Shown one piece after another: positions 12,031 to 26,971 of a DNA stretch of 64,000 nt. Under the pieces are notes generated by a model. It searched no databases. It worked only from the letters and a program-made list of their open reading frames with translations, and had not been told where the DNA came from. The position numbers were made by a program, and so were the translations under genes. Source of the DNA: Paraspadella gotoi (taxonomy: Eukaryota > Animalia > Chaetognatha); assembly GCA_051294375.1 (NCBI GenBank), contig CM119268.1, positions 10,299,607-10,363,606 on the forward strand, read 5' to 3'. Each line of letters starts with the position of its first letter. Position 1 is the first letter of the stretch.

Positions 12031-15000
12031 AAACTAAGAATAAATATTAAACAATGTTATTGAAAAATGTGACCAAGTGAGCGTCTGAGGGTGTGAGACC
12101 CATGTGGCTGGGCTGTATCTTCAAACGCAACATGGTATCAGACAGGTGACCCTGTCTCAAAGGAAGCCCCCGTTCAACTTTTAACTAACTTGTAATTTAT
12201 AATTTTTCCAAAGAGAAGATTAGGAAAGAGTTTCTTGATGGAAACCTTTGTTTTGCTTTGAGACAGATATAAACGTTTCGAAAAAAGAAACTTTCCTCAC
12301 AAAATTCTTTCGGATATATTCTGTCTTTTTCTCAAATATTGATATTGAGATACTTTTACAACATAGAAAAAGAAAAAGCGATTAAAAGAATTATTTACAA
12401 CTGAATTATTTTTGACAGCGGATAAGTCAATTTCCAGATAGTTCATGTTAATGGTTAAGTTCACCTCGGATTACACTGTAATTTACAGTGGATAAATAAA
12501 AATTAGTTACTAATTGGGCAAAAAATAAATTGAATATAAAGAAAATAAATAGATTAATGAGAGAATGAATCAAAGGATTAATAAATAAGTAATTTTTTCA
12601 TATTAGGCCATATCAATGGAGAAAAAAAAATCTTTTCCGACTTTTAATTTTCGATGCGTTTTGTTTTCCATTTTGTGTTTATTTTTTCTGTGTTCCCACT
12701 TCAATGCCGATTTTTAATGCCATTTAGCATATTTCTGTCACCCATCCATAAATCGTGTGTGCAAAACTGAAAGATAATTTACAACAACATTTTTTAATAA
12801 ATTAGCACTAGCCTTTTCCCGCTCTGAATATATAATATACATAATATCATACTACATTCCATGATAACGGAAAGAGTACTAAGAAGAAATTTGACGGTTT
12901 GAAGATTTTTGCGGAGCTCACAATGGAATATAACAAAATTATTTTTATTGGAAAAGCAAATTTAATGTAGATTTTTTTGGCGGAGTTCGTCACGTTTCTT
13001 TCTTCTGTTTAATGAGGTGTTTTTATTAATGGCAACTTAATGATACAGATGCATAGAAATATACACAATAACAACAAACTCATATTATTTTTATTACTAT
13101 CATTATTATTACTATTATTATTATTTAGCAACAATATATTATAACATGTATTCACTTATCAGCCTCTGTTGAATTAATCTAGATTTCTTTAAATTGAATT
13201 GATAAGACTTTTTATGCACGATTAAATGAAAAATAAAATTTATGAACTAAATTTGATTTAAGAAAAAAGTTTTTTGACGAATGATACCTGCGTTTATTAT
13301 TTAAAGTTTAAGAAGAAATTATTATTATCATGATTATTATTTACTAATTGACAAGCGACTCCAAGTTAAAGTTAAAATGCGCAGAAGACAAAAAATATTT
13401 TCAAAGTTAAAAATTGTAGAAAAAAAAACAAAAAAAGGGAAAAACGTCCGAGCAAACGTGGGCCGCGGAAATGGGCTACGCACAGCCAGGACGAAAAGAG
13501 GAAGAGCAAGGAGGGGGAAGAGAAGGAAGAAGAGGATGGGCGAAACTGGTAGGAAAGAATAAAAATGAACGGAGGAAATCAGGGATGGTAAAAATAGGTG
13601 AAAATAACATGATAGATGATAGGTAATATCGTTTTTTTAAAAAAATCAGAGTAATTCGCAATCTCTAATATTGCACAGTGCAATATTAGAGCTTTGTTAA
13701 AAAAAAGACCGACCCTGATATTATTTTATAGTGATAAAGTTCATCTTTTGTCGATTTTTCATCGTGTACATACGGTTTATGGATTGAACGTCAAAAAATA
13801 CAGCTTTGAAAAACCTAGGAAGCAGTAGGTGGATTATAATCAATTATTTTTAAGAGCTCTTAACGGGAGGAGTTTTAACAAAATACTTAAAAAGAACATT
13901 AATCTAAAAAAAAAACTATATTCAAAATATAGATAATAGCTATAAAATATAAGGTCTCATGCACCACAAGAAAAAATGATATTGTAAGTAAAGGTTCAAA
14001 ACTTGTAATGAAAGCTTTCGACTCAGGAATGAAAAAATCCGAAAATTAGGAAGGGAATATAATGAAGAAAGATGGAATGAAAAAGGGAAAAGAATGAGGA
14101 GGCGGAGAATGAGAAGATTGCGCTTCCCGCACTGGAATCCTCGACGTTGAAATCGAATGACAAGAAGACGAAGAGAAGAGGTGAGAGACTGGAAAGCGTG
14201 AGAGGCGCATCATGCAGAAAGAAAGGCCGAGGAAAACTAATCAACGTTCGACTAAGATTCGATGAGGATAAGTTTGAGGTAAATTAGTTTATTCATTTCA
14301 ATTATAATAATTTCAATGATACGGTCGAAACGAAAATTTATTTTCTTCTCGGCGCAAGAAAAGCAAGAAGGTTCTGACCAAAGTTTCCTCCTTTACCTTC
14401 GCGTATATATATATAAACACGTAATTTTAAAAATTAATTATGCTTACTATGATTACTAAGCATAGTAAGCATAATTATTTTTTTCGCTTAGTCTTTATTT
14501 TTTTTTTATTTAAAGTTTTTCATGAACTATCAGCCTGTTTTTGTACAGTAGGAACATTCGCATTGAGTCGCAGATTTGTAGACTAATGTTCTCGTTCCGT
14601 CCGCGCATTTGACATTCACTGTAACCTGTAGTAAATAACGCATAGATCGTAAAAATATTTAAATAAAACAAAAAAATATTATGCGCCTTTCTTACATCAA
14701 CGGTGTTTGTAATCGTGCAGCAATCAGCTTTGGAGGTGATTTCGTGATCACTATTGGCTGCGATGGTCTGAATAAAAAAAAAAACTAAAAAAATTATACC
14801 CTAATAATTATGACAAGCAATAGACAAAAAATAAATGGTGGGGCGGTTTGCGACCTTCACGAGACGCGAGTACCCTTGTTTTCAGAGATTATTCTTAGTA
14901 AATTAGAGGAAAAAACTTCTTAAATTATTAGAATTACGTTCGCATCGCTTGGAAGTGAGTAGGAATCGCAGTGTCCTTGGCACGCATTCGTCAACACCTC

Positions 15001-18000
15001 GAATTCCAGGCATCCGTGGAGGCCAACTTTGCGACGATGACCTAATGTTAGTAGTGATTATCTTAACTGAGGTCAACTTGAGTCGCCAGAATCTTATAAT
15101 ATCATAAATAATTATGATATAAGTCAAAGAGCGGTATATATACAGTATTTACTCTCTCTCTATGTTTTCTCTGTATCGAAATTGTGATTATTACTGCATT
15201 TGTAAAGGTCAGTTTCCATCTTTTGAAATAAGTGAGTTAACCGACTTGATTTTTTTGGGGGGGAAAGGACAAAAGAAAACACATGAAGAGCGGGAAGAGT
15301 TTCTGAGTCAGGTTTTCTTTCTTTTTCCTTCAGCAGTACAGTTTGTACTTTTTACAAGCAGTAATAAAAAAAATAGTTTTTGTTTCTTAGAATTGTTGTC
15401 AATTTATTATTATTCTCTTATTAGTAACCGATTTAGGCGAAAATAGTTGGTCAAAATTGAAACACGTTTTGCTGTTTTTGTCGTGATCATATTAGATGCT
15501 ACTTTCGAATGCTCCTCTTTACAATTATTTTCTTCAAGTTATTTTAATATTTTGTTTAGAAAATGAACTCAAATAGAACAAGTTTGAGCAAACAATCTCG
15601 GATCTGCCTACGATCATTAGCGGTAATTAATATTAATAGGTCAATTAATTAATTAGAAAATTAAAGAATTAATTAATTTAATCCGAAATGTTGGTTTTTT
15701 AGGTCTTTTCGTCATTAACCATGACATAAGCAATGACGACGATGATGGCGACGACAATAATGCCGATAACGATTGTCTTGATTGATTAAATAATTAATTA
15801 ATTGATAATAAATTGATTGAATTGAACATTAATTAATTAGATTAATAAATTGATTGATTGAATAATTAATTGATTGATTATTGCATGATTAATTAATTAT
15901 TATTTAATTGACTAATAAATTAATTAACATTCATCTGCATTTACACTTAATATAAAAAGCAAAAGAAGCATAATCAATTAGTGAAACAGGTTTTTTTTTT
16001 TTTTCATTTAAACTCATTTCCACTCAAACGATTCTATCAAAACTTGATTTCCACTTTCCTACCCACATACAAAATTTCAAGTCAATCTCCCATCTAATCA
16101 TGAGTAATTGGCGTTCAAATAGTGAAATAGATTTTTTTGTTTTTCCATTTTAAGACACAATGAAAAAATAACGTGGCCCAAAACGGTCTCGTGCTGATTT
16201 TGTCTCTTTAAAATTGGTTTCTGAGCTCAAATTAATCGATCATTTACTTTTGGGTAATATATGCGATATTACACTACTGGACATTACTGTATCTGACCAT
16301 AACCCTTGACCATAAACAAAAAAGCTAACTAGGATTCAAAAATAGTAAAAAGATGAAATCAATATAGCTCGAAACGCTTTACAAAAATTTTAGACCATTG
16401 CTTTTATTAAATGCCAAAAAAAATATTAATATTATTAAAACAAAAACTTTAACGATAACCTAATAGTTTAACCAGGACCAAGATGAATTAATTTTTAACC
16501 CATCATCTTCTTCAATTTATATGAATCATTTGTTTGTAATTAGTCAATTAAATCTAAAATAACAATTATGACAAATTCATTTTCAATTTTCTTTATGAAA
16601 TGCGGAGTTTTCTCTGCTTACTTCCCCTTGTGTCTTAATTATTTAATATTTTAAAGGTATTTTTCAAAAACCTTATATAAATTACTTATATTTTTCACTT
16701 TTTTCAATTCTTTCGAACAAAAAAACAACATCATAAAAACATTTTAAATTAAATAAAAAAAAAATGATTGAATGATTTTGGAAAAAAAATTTTGAAATTG
16801 AGAAATAATGGATTATGAATCAGGAAAAAATTTGGCAATTCTAAAAAAATCAGCCTCTAGCCTTTTCGATTTCTAGAGGCTGATTTTTTTAATTTTTTCG
16901 ATATTTTTGATTTTCTAGCAAAACCATTATTCTCAATGAGCATAGGTCGGACGAAATTTTTTTCCAATATTTGAAAAAATTTCAAATTTTCTAATTAGCT
17001 TTTTGAGGAAATTAAATAAATAAATTATTATACGATGGGTACATCTAAAAAGTGATACGTCTCTAAATGACAAAAAATTTTCTTCAAGTTTTATTTTAAA
17101 ATTAAAGTATTGTACCAATAGAAATAAGTGAGATACTTCCCGCTTTTGCGCGAAATTTTTATTAACAAAAGATTTGTACTGGCGTAATTTAAAAAAAGTT
17201 ATTTTTTTAAAATAACTTTTGAAAAGAAAAGAGGTAGCAAGGTGGCAATGTGGTATCAAATTAAAAGCACTAATCATGGAACCTTTTTAAAAAAGTTTTT
17301 ATTTAATTAAAATCCATAAATTCTTTACACCAGCTTTGGTTTAAATTCAGAGTTAAAAGTATAATAGTTTTGCTTTAAAAATTTCAATGAAGGCAATATG
17401 AAATTTTTTTCTTTTTTCTTTTGTAATGAAAAAAGGAAAGACTGAATTAACATTTGTTTATTATTAAATTTTTTTTATTCTCCATAAAAAATTTGCTTAT
17501 ATTTTTCAGTTTAAAGTAAAAACAAGCAAAAATTTATGTTGTTAGCTTGATAAAAGTATTTTAAATTATTAAAATTATAAATACAAAAATGTTTTCAGCT
17601 TGATATAAACAGTCTGGACATTCTACCTTCTTGTTTGTGAAAAAAATCGTCATTCATGATCTTTAACTGCCAAAACTAAAAGCTTGGACACACTGCTTGT
17701 TTATCATAATAAAGTTGTAAAAAAATTATATAAGCTTGGTAACAATTTGACAAACAAAACATCATTGTGTTTAAATTGTATTGATAATTTTTTTTAAAAT
17801 TATAGCAAGGAATTTAATTCTAATTATTTATCATCCATTTTAATTAAGAAAAAAATATTTCTCGTAATAGGCCCATTAAAAAAGGGTTATTGACTGACTT
17901 TAATTGATGAAAATATTTTTAGATTTTTTTTACTGCCCCCATTCACAAGATTATAAAAGGTCATGGTTATTCATGTCAATAAGTCCAGATGTATCTGTAC

Positions 18001-18459
18001 CCTTTTCTGCAACCTGCATTTCAAATTTCTTTTTTTCCCTTTCAATATGTATTAAATAAAAAAAAATTATTTGAGAGAACAAATCGGGTGGAGGATTGCC
18101 ATTTGTAAGCCTTAGTTACCCCACTTTCCCGATCGAATTTTTAAATGAGGTTTTTTATCCATCTATTTGAGACATAACACTAAAACTTATAGTTTACTAT
18201 TATTTTTTTTTATTTTCTATTACAATTCTATGAATAAATATGAAATAATAAACTTTTTTAAAAAAAATTTTCATCTTTCAACCCTATATTTCAGTCATAT
18301 CTAAAAAACAAAAAAAAAGATTTCTTTTGCATGATATTTGGATATAACATATGAAACTATAACGTTTTTAAAAAATAAAAAAGAAATATTGAATAATGAT
18401 TTGAACAGTGAATTTTTTTTATGCACGAACAGTAACGTTAACCGCCCATTTTTCATGTG

Positions 18460-19033
18460 TCTTTAAACTCATTTCCACTCGCACGATTCCATCGAAACTT
18501 CATATCTAACTAAATCACACACTTCCTACCGACACACAAAATTAATTCCAATCCAACCATCCAATCACGAGCAATTGGAGGTTTTTGCTAAGGTGGACGG
18601 ACGGACCTAATTTATCATAATTCTGTAGTCGGGCATTGCCTAGGTTCACCCCGCCTAGAATCATGACCTTTCAGTTGTGACCCGGTGGCTCATTGAGTAA
18701 AGCCATCAGCTCATGACCACTAGGTACCGGGTTCAATCCCAACCCGGTACCTACCCTGCGGGAAGCGTGAGGACGGCCGTAAGCCGCCTTGGGGCATGGC
18801 AAAACCTCAAGCCTTGGTTCCAAGCCCAGGGACCCGTTCCATGGCTGCTAGGAGGGGCTTATAGAAGTTACGTGACAGTCATCTTCAGCCCACGTAGCGC
18901 CTTATCCATAATTCGATGTTCTGACATGTAATAATTATAAGTTAATTCCCGACAAGATTGAGGGGGCGGACCGACGGACCGACAAAGTGAACTATAGAGT
19001 CGGGATCTGCTGATAAGCAGATCCGACTAAAAA
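18460..19033 (-). mobile_element. Helentron-associated (HINE/DINE-1-like) non-autonomous element remnant, interrupted by a SINE-like insert
   Basis: (ggac)n microsatellite at ~18594-18607 resumes at ~18968-18983, followed by the terminal hairpin agtcgg(g)atctgc-tgataa-gcagatccgact plus an A-run. The body at 18460-18580 is also present at ~16005-16112. Confidence 0.55.
18679..18935 (+). mobile_element. tRNA-derived SINE-like / Pol III unit
   Basis: A-box TGGCTCATTGAG (18686-18697), B-box GGTTCAATCCC (18730-18740), GC-rich body and a taataattat tail, inside an AT-rich context. Confidence 0.55.
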
Positions 19034-20141
19034 CTTACCCGTTAAGTAACAACCAGGATATGATTTAGCTTCGAGTTGTAGCGATAATACAATTATTAGA
19101 AAAAACCAAAATGCTGCGAAAAAATTCATTGCATCTGTTATTCTTCAAACGTAGCAATATTAAGTTAGTAAGATCGACGAATATATGAATAATTAGCTTT
19201 AGCCAGTCTTTCGTTAAAAAAATTCGAGAATTGACTGGAACATCTTAAGCTCTTTTTTAATCCAACAAAGTCAGTGGGACAAGTTACGAGTAAAGAATTT
19301 GGCATAAGAATATTCAATAAGGATTACGACAAAAAAATCCAGAGGAGAGAGGAAATTTCTGTTCTAAGAAATTTTAGGACAAGTTTTTGGTATTTTGTAT
19401 TTTGTATTTCATTCAGAGACATCCAGGTAGTAAATAATTAATGAAAGCTTTACATTTCCGGCCCGTTTTTCACACTTTCAGTTATGCTTATAAAAACAAT
19501 AGCTTTTAATTGTCAAAAACGTACGTAAATTTAAAATGACTTTTGCTTTCTCTCAATTTAGAACGCTGATATAATTGTTAATTTAATTTTAAAATAATTT
19601 TGTGACTTTCATAAATTCTAAAATTATAATTAAGCAAAGGGATCTTGTAATTATTTATCTTGAAATTTTATATTTATTATTTATTTATAATGCAATTGGT
19701 ACAACAACTTGAAAACTATCTATTCATTTAATAAATAATAAATAATTTAATTAATATAATTTTTAATAGATTTAAGGATTTGACTTTGTCTATGAAAATT
19801 ATAGTAAGGTAACAAATGAACATAAGAGGCTGAAGATGTCACTACTATCTGCTTTAAAAAAACAAATGCCGTTTGTAAACAAAGACCTCGCCAGAGTCTC
19901 ACACCCAAGCTCGTTTCTTTCATTTTCCTTTCCTTTCTACGGTACGTATACTTTTTGACACATTGCTGTGGGTGTTTCTGTTTTATAACGATTTATATTT
20001 TTGAATGCTGAATTTTACGGGTATCATATTTATTCGTATAGATCGCATTGTATCTTCTCGAAACTGCTGTTGAATTGCGTGTTTTTGCGTCACCGGTGTT
20101 GGGCGATCGACGCCAAAAGCGCGACGCCGCTAGAGATCCCA

Positions 20142-23100
20142 ATGGCTGACTTCTTGGAGAAGGAGGCGGATCTAAGCGAGGGCGAAGGAAGCGACGATGA
20201 CGAAGAGGTTGCCACGACGAGAAAACGCGTCGTCAGTTCAGATTCGGAGGAGGAAGAAGAAGATGACGAGGAAAGAATCAAAGTAATGCCGCTTCAGACT
20301 TGTTCCTTTTTTAAAAAATATTTACGTTTTAAATTTTTTGTAAATTAGTTTACGGGCTTAATTGTCAACCATGTCATAGGCGGAGATGACTGGATTCGTT
20401 GTGGACAACGACGAGGAAGACGACGCCGAAGACAGCAACGAAGATCACGGCGGACGACGAAAAAAACGCGTGAAGCGAAAAAAGGAGGAGAGCGACGAGG
20501 AAGACGACGAACTCGACGAAGATGATTTAGATCTAATAGAAAATAATACCGGAGTTAAGATCAACCGAAAGAAGCAGCTGAAGAGAGTCAAAAAGGTCGG
20601 TTCTCTTTAAGCCACTTCTTTCTATTCGAAGCCCAAGATTCGCTACTATTTAATCCGACTTTGTTAGGTTGTGGACTCGGACGATTCAGGTGACGAGAAG
20701 GGAGAAGAAGATGACCGCGCTGCCGTCGCAAAGGAGATCTTCGAATCTGACGACGAAGACATCGATAAGGACGAGCTTCCGGATCTTCATCGGGAGGCGG
20801 AAGAGGAGGGGCTTCTTCCTGCTTCATCGAGGCGAAGAGACGATGGTCCGGAAGGTTGGTTTGCACATTTTCTCATAGAAATCGTAGCAATTTTACTCAA
20901 TTACAATTACAATATTACTTTTTCAACCGTAGTTCATAGTAGTCGTGATATGAATTTTCATTACATGTAGACGGTGCGTCTGACGAAGAGTCCGACCCTG
21001 ACGATTTTATCGTGGACGAAGACGGTCAACCTGTGACTTCCAAGAAGAAGTTGAAAAAAGTGAAGCACTCTGACGCTGCGCTGCAGGAAGCACAGGACAT
21101 TTTCGGTGTCGACTTCGATTTCCAAGAGTTCGACAAGTATGGCGACGACCGTGACGAGGATTCAGAATCTTATGACGAAGACGAAGACGAGGAGGATGAA
21201 GAGAGTAGACGCAAAGCGCGACGGAGCAAAAAGTCCGCTTCCAGAAAGACCATTTACGAACTTTACGAGCCGAGCGAACTCGAGCGAGGCTTTTTTACCG
21301 ACGCTGACCACGAAATCCGTACGATGGACTCCCCCGAGCGTTTCCTTCTGCGCAAGACCAAGGTGCTGCAACCGGACGAGAGCCGTGATACTGAATTGCA
21401 GGAAGAGGCGGAGTGGATCTACAAAAATGCCTTCCAGACACCGACGGTGTCTAATCAAGAGTTTGCCTCGGCCAACTCTGGCGCCGGCGGTCACGACCAA
21501 TTTGGATACCGCGATAACAATAGATCTTCAAAAGGACCACAGGCCATACCTAGAATTAGAGAGGCGCTCAACTTTATGCGCAACAATCAATTTGAGGTCC
21601 CCTTCATTGCTTTTTACAGGTCAATCCGTTTGATGTTGTAATAAGAAGACCCCACTAACATCCCCATCCCAATATTTTATAAATAATATTTAATTTAGAT
21701 AACTAAAATATGAATATTAAGAAATATCAATTAAAAAAATCTTTAAAAAAGTTCTAAAAAAGAAATTATTTAATAATAATAAATTATTAAGTATTTTAAA
21801 ATGTGAAAACTTAAGATAGTGAAACAAGAATTTTCAAATTTCCAGCAACCTGTTCGACTTTTACTTCAAAACTATTTTACTCCTTGGGTTTTCAGGAAAG
21901 AGTATGTGGAACCCGATTTAAACATCAACGATCTGTGGAAAGTCTACTACTGGGACGAAAAGTGGATGCAGCTGCAGGGTCGCAAGGAGAACCTGGTACG
22001 TCTCTTTGAGAAGATGCAGTCCTTCCAGGCAGATCAGATCCTGGCCGATCCGGACAAGCCACTAGACGATACCCTTCGTGTTCTTGATGACGACGACATC
22101 GCCCGAGTACGACGTGTCGATTCGCCGGAGGAGCTCAACGATGTCTATCAACATTTCTTGCTCTACTACGGGCGTGAAGTGCCGAAGATGCAGGTAAAAT
22201 TTTGGCATTAAATACAAGTACCGCGAGAAAATAAAGATCTTTTGGGAAATGATTATATATTTTTTACACAAGGCGGCGGAGAAAGCAAAAGCCAGAAAAG
22301 AGAGAAAGGAGACGAGGAAAAGAGAGCGGGAGGAGATGAGGCGGCAGAGAAGTGAAGAGGATATCGATAGGGATGAACCTGAAGATGATGACGACGATGA
22401 AGAAGACGCGGCGGAAGAAGACGCCCACGCTCAAAGGCTGGCGTCTCGACGGGATCCCTATTCGCATTGTCAGGTGGAACAATAACATTTCCGCCTTGTT
22501 GAAAAATTATCGCATGGAAAAATGACTTCTTTTTTTTCTCTTTCCCACAGAATTACAATCTTGATACACTAGCTAAACGGTTCGGGCTGACGCCTGAGCA
22601 GTTCGGCGAAAATCTTCGCGATAATTACGCCCGACACGAAGTGGATCAGTACCCGGCCGATCCAATCGAACTTGCTAAGGAGCTGGTTGATGATAAGGGC
22701 AGCTTCAGCACGTGAGTAAACTTTTTTTTTCTCAGAGGTGTTGTTTCAACAGATTGTAAATTAAAATAAAACATCTAATTGCTGTCAATTACCTAATTTT
22801 TAAATATCATATGTACGATCTCATAGGCCGGAGGAAGTATTAACTGGTGCGAGATTTATGGTTGCTTCTCAAATCGCGAGGGAACCGCTGGTTCGCCAGT
22901 GCGTTAGACAGGTGGGTTTACCCTTTCGTATTTTAATTGCAAGATATATCTTGAGCTTAACTAATATTCCGGTTACCCGTTTATACAATTCTATCCAGAC
23001 ATTTTACGAACGCGCCAAAATCTGCATTACACCGACGAAAAAGGGCAAACAGGACATCGATGAGGCGCACCCCTGTTACACTTTTAAGTACCTTAGGAAC

Positions 23101-26100
23101 AAACCCGTCAGGGATCTTTGCAATGATGAATTCCTCAAGATGCTGCAGGCGGAACAAGAGGGGCTTCTTCACATAACCATGGGCGTTGATGTTATGGACC
23201 CTTCCAACCTGGATGTCGCTTCGCCTACGAAATACGTCGACGAAGTCAAAGAATTGTACCGTCGGGACGAGTTCTCCACTCAAGTCCAGCAGTGGAATGA
23301 GCAACGCGCCCTGGCTGTTGAAAAGGCGCTTCATCAAATGCTTTACCCTGTCATGGCCAAAGAGCTTCGCCAGCGGCTCTCTGCTGAAGCAAAGGAGTAT
23401 GTGACCAGTGCAGCGCGGAAAAAATTGTACAGCTGGATTAGGATAGCACCATACAAGCTTGACCAGCAGTTTGACGACGACGATGATTACAACGATAATG
23501 AAAAGGTTTGTTTTCCGTTTTTGCTAATTATCTTTTGATCGCGGATAAGAGTTTTGCTAATTATGAATAAAGGGTCCTGGACTTCGAGCTTTTGGCGTCT
23601 GTTTCGCCGCTCGTGATCCGAACGGCGTTGGGTTTGGCGCCATTCTCGACGGCGATGGTGAGGTCTCTGACTTCATCAAGTTGAAAACGTTCTGTCGTTG
23701 CAACAAATTTGGCCAAATGGCAGAGTCTTGGCAAGAAGAGTACGACGAAGAAAAGACCAAGGTGAGTTGATCTTATATTTTGTTGAAAAATAATATGTTA
23801 ATGAATTATTTTGGTTGATTTAAAGCTAAATTCAATACTGTAATTATCATGCATATTTGGCACGGTAAAACTTCTTTAATACTTTTTTAATACTTAATTA
23901 CGTGGTCGTTTTTCTGATATATTCAAATTACTGTGCTTTTCCTCTTTATCTTCACGTGAAAATTTTTTTGGTTCACATTAAGATTCTAACCTAAACCCTC
24001 TCTCCTCTTTTTCAGTTAAAGAAATTCATCCATCAGAAGAAGCCCCATGTAATCGTGTGCGCGGCGGACGAGCGAAGCGGCCGCGATACCCGGCAAGTTG
24101 TCGACCGCTTCAAAGAAGTTGTCGCGGAGTTAGAAGAAGAGAAGCAGATGCCTCCCGTTTCCGTTGAGATGATGGAGACAAATGCTGCGCGCATTTATTC
24201 CGCATCGAAGAAAGCAGAAAACGACTACCGCGACTACCCTGATTTCCTTCGCATCGCCGTTTCCGTCGCTCGCCGAATCCAAGACCCAATGATGGAGTTT
24301 GCGCAGCTGTGCAACGCCGACGATGATATTCTCTGCCTCAATTTCCACCCACTGCAGCATCTGTTAGACAAAGATGAATTCCTGGAATCCCTCTCCCTCG
24401 AATTTATCAACCGCGTTAATGAGGTCGGCGTCGATATCAACAAATCGCTGATCCACTCTCCCACAGCTAATCTCTTGCAATTCGTTTGCGGCCTCGGACC
24501 CCGAAAAGCCCAGTTCATCGTGCGAACGCTAAAAACGAACAAGCAGCGCTTGGAGAATCGTTCGCAGCTTGTACACAACTGCCAGATGGGACCAAAGGTC
24601 TTTATGAACTCCGCCGGCTTTATCCGTATTGACACAAACAGCCTCGGAGACAGTTCCGATTCTTACCTTGAGGTTCTTGACAGTACGCGCGTTCACCCTG
24701 AGACCTATGAATGGGCGCGCAAGATGGCCGTGGACGCCCTAGAATACGATGACACGTCGGACGATGCCAACCCCGCTGCCGCCGTTGAAGAAATTCTCGA
24801 GAGTCCCGAAAGACTAAAGGATTTGGATCTCGATGCCTTCGCAGTCGAGCTCGAGCGACAAGGTTACGGCAACAAAAGCATCACTCTCTACGACATACGC
24901 TCTGAGCTCAATCACAAATACAAAGATATGAGAACTGATTATCGGCCGCCATCGAATGAGGAGATCTTTAACATGCTCACCGGCGAAAACCCCGAAACTT
25001 TCTACGTGGGAAAGCTGATCATGGTAAAGGTAACGGGCATTGCCCGTCGCCGGCCGCAAAATGGGGACACCGATCAGGCCAACCCCGTTCGAAACGAGGA
25101 GACTGGGCTTTGGCAATGTCCCTTTTGCCTCCGCGATACCTTTCCCGAACTTTCTGAGGTCTGGAGCCATTTCGACTCCAATGATTGCCCCGGCCAAGCA
25201 GTCGGCGTCAAGTGTCGCCTCGACAACGATTGTTTTGGCTTCCTCCCTACCAAGTTCATTTCGGACAAGCCCGTCCAAGACCCTGAGCAGCGCGTCAAGG
25301 TCGGCATGACCATTTATGCTCGCATAACGAAAATCGACATCGATCGCTTTTCCGTCGACCTCACCGCCCGCGGTTCCGAATTGGCCGATGTCGATCACCA
25401 ATTGCGCCCGCGTCTCGACGACTACTACGACAAAGAGCAAGAAGAAAGGGAAAAAAACCGGGTGGAGGAGGATAAAAAGAGAAAAGCTAAATGCAATTAC
25501 ATCCGGAGAGTCATCGCCCATCCTTCCTTTCACAACATTCCTTATAAGGTAAAAGTTCTTAGTCCAGTGCAAGGAGCCGATCTTGTCCGGAATTCTTCTA
25601 ATTTAGATGAAAGAATCATTTTTTTCATTTAAACTTTTGCTTTAGGAAGCGGAAAAGCTTCTTATGGACATGGAGCAAGGGGAGGTTATTATCCGGCCAT
25701 CATCCAAAGGTGCCTCCAACTTGACGGTCTCCTGGAAAGTGACAGACACCCAGCCCATCATTGCCCACATCGACGTCAAAGAGGAGAATAAAGAGAACGA
25801 CTTTTCGTTGGGCCAATCGTTATGGATCGGAGAGGAGGCCTTTGAAGATCTTGACGAAATAATCGCAAGGTAGATCTAGATTGACTGTTACAAAAATTAA
25901 TAAGATTATTCTCTGCAGTTTTGGTTTTCACCTTCATTCAATAGGCACGTGCAACCAATGGCGGCGTTTTCGCGCGATATCCTAAATCATAAGTACTATC
26001 GTGAGGCGGAGGGGGGGAGTCGCGAAATCATGCACAAGTTGGTCCTTGAGGAAAAAAAGAAGGTTCGACGCGAATTGTAATTTATAAAAAGTTCAAGAAA

Positions 26101-26971
26101 CTGAATTAGGGCTTAAAAGTAAAAAAAAATTATCATCTTCCAGGGTCCCTCTCGGATTCCTTACTACTTCTCGGCATCAAAAGAATTTCCCGGAAAATTT
26201 CTCTTGTCGTACGCGCCTAAGATGAAGCCACGTCATGAGTACCTGACTGTGACGCCAGACGGGCTCCGCTTTCGCGGACAAATCCACCACTCTCTCAACG
26301 CCTGCGTCAATTGGTTCAAAGAACACTTCAAGGATCCTATTCCTGGCGGCGTGGGCGGTGGATCCACGCCAATGAGCTTGTCCGGTAACACTCCACGTCA
26401 AAGCGTGCGCGGCACACCGACTCAGCAACCAAATCAACGCCCACTTGGCGGATTTACCGCTCCTCAAGGCGGAACGCCCTATGGCGCTTTTCCTACCCCC
26501 GGCGCCTATGGAGCTTCGGTCGGACAGCCATTTCCCTCCAATACCCCCAGAGCCCAACAGACGCCCGCGGCGACCACACCAGTTCACCCGCCCCAAGCTA
26601 CACCTAGTTTTCATCGTTCTACTCCTGCCCAAGGAGCCATGCCGCCGCCAGCGTCTTCTGCACGCGTAACTCCGGCCTGGGCGACTCCGGCTCAACAAAA
26701 CGCAGCCGCTCGCGCGACGCCGCGTGGTGGAAATGCAGCCGCCACCGATTGGAGCCGGGCAGCGCAAGAATGGGCGGCGCAACGAAACCGTCGCCAGCCA
26801 GGCGGAAGCGGAAACACTCCGCGTGCTTCAGGTAACACTCCGAGGACAACGCCTGGAGGCGGAGGGACGCCGAGGCAGGACGACCCAAGAAGAACGCCTC
26901 GTTCCCCTTTCACCGGCGCCAGTCCCAGATCAACCGGAGGAGCCACCCCTCTATATGACGAAGTCGGTTAA
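20142..26971 (+). CDS. SUPT6H: Transcription elongation factor / histone chaperone SPT6 (~14 exons)
   Basis: Acidic N-terminus MADFLEKEA; YEPSELERG; [13 protein letters not shown]; HhH region [12 protein letters not shown]; [24 protein letters not shown]; WQCPFC...CPG; S1 domain; SH2 region IIRPSSKG; C-terminal TPLYDE. GT-AG introns join the ORF pieces in frame. Confidence 0.97.

Noticed and set aside
16270-18000. Possible Tc1-like element bounded by tacactactggaca.../...gtccagatgtatctgta
   Set aside because: The inverted similarity is too degenerate and no transposase remnant is visible.
18679-18753. Functional tRNA gene
   Set aside because: The A and B boxes are present, but a proper anticodon arm and cloverleaf cannot be built. 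Treated as SINE-like.
24130-26946. Long antisense and alternate-frame ORFs over SPT6 (likewise over RCHY1, DNAJ and ANKDD1)
   Set aside because: These are shadow ORFs caused by GC-rich codon usage of the real + strand exons.
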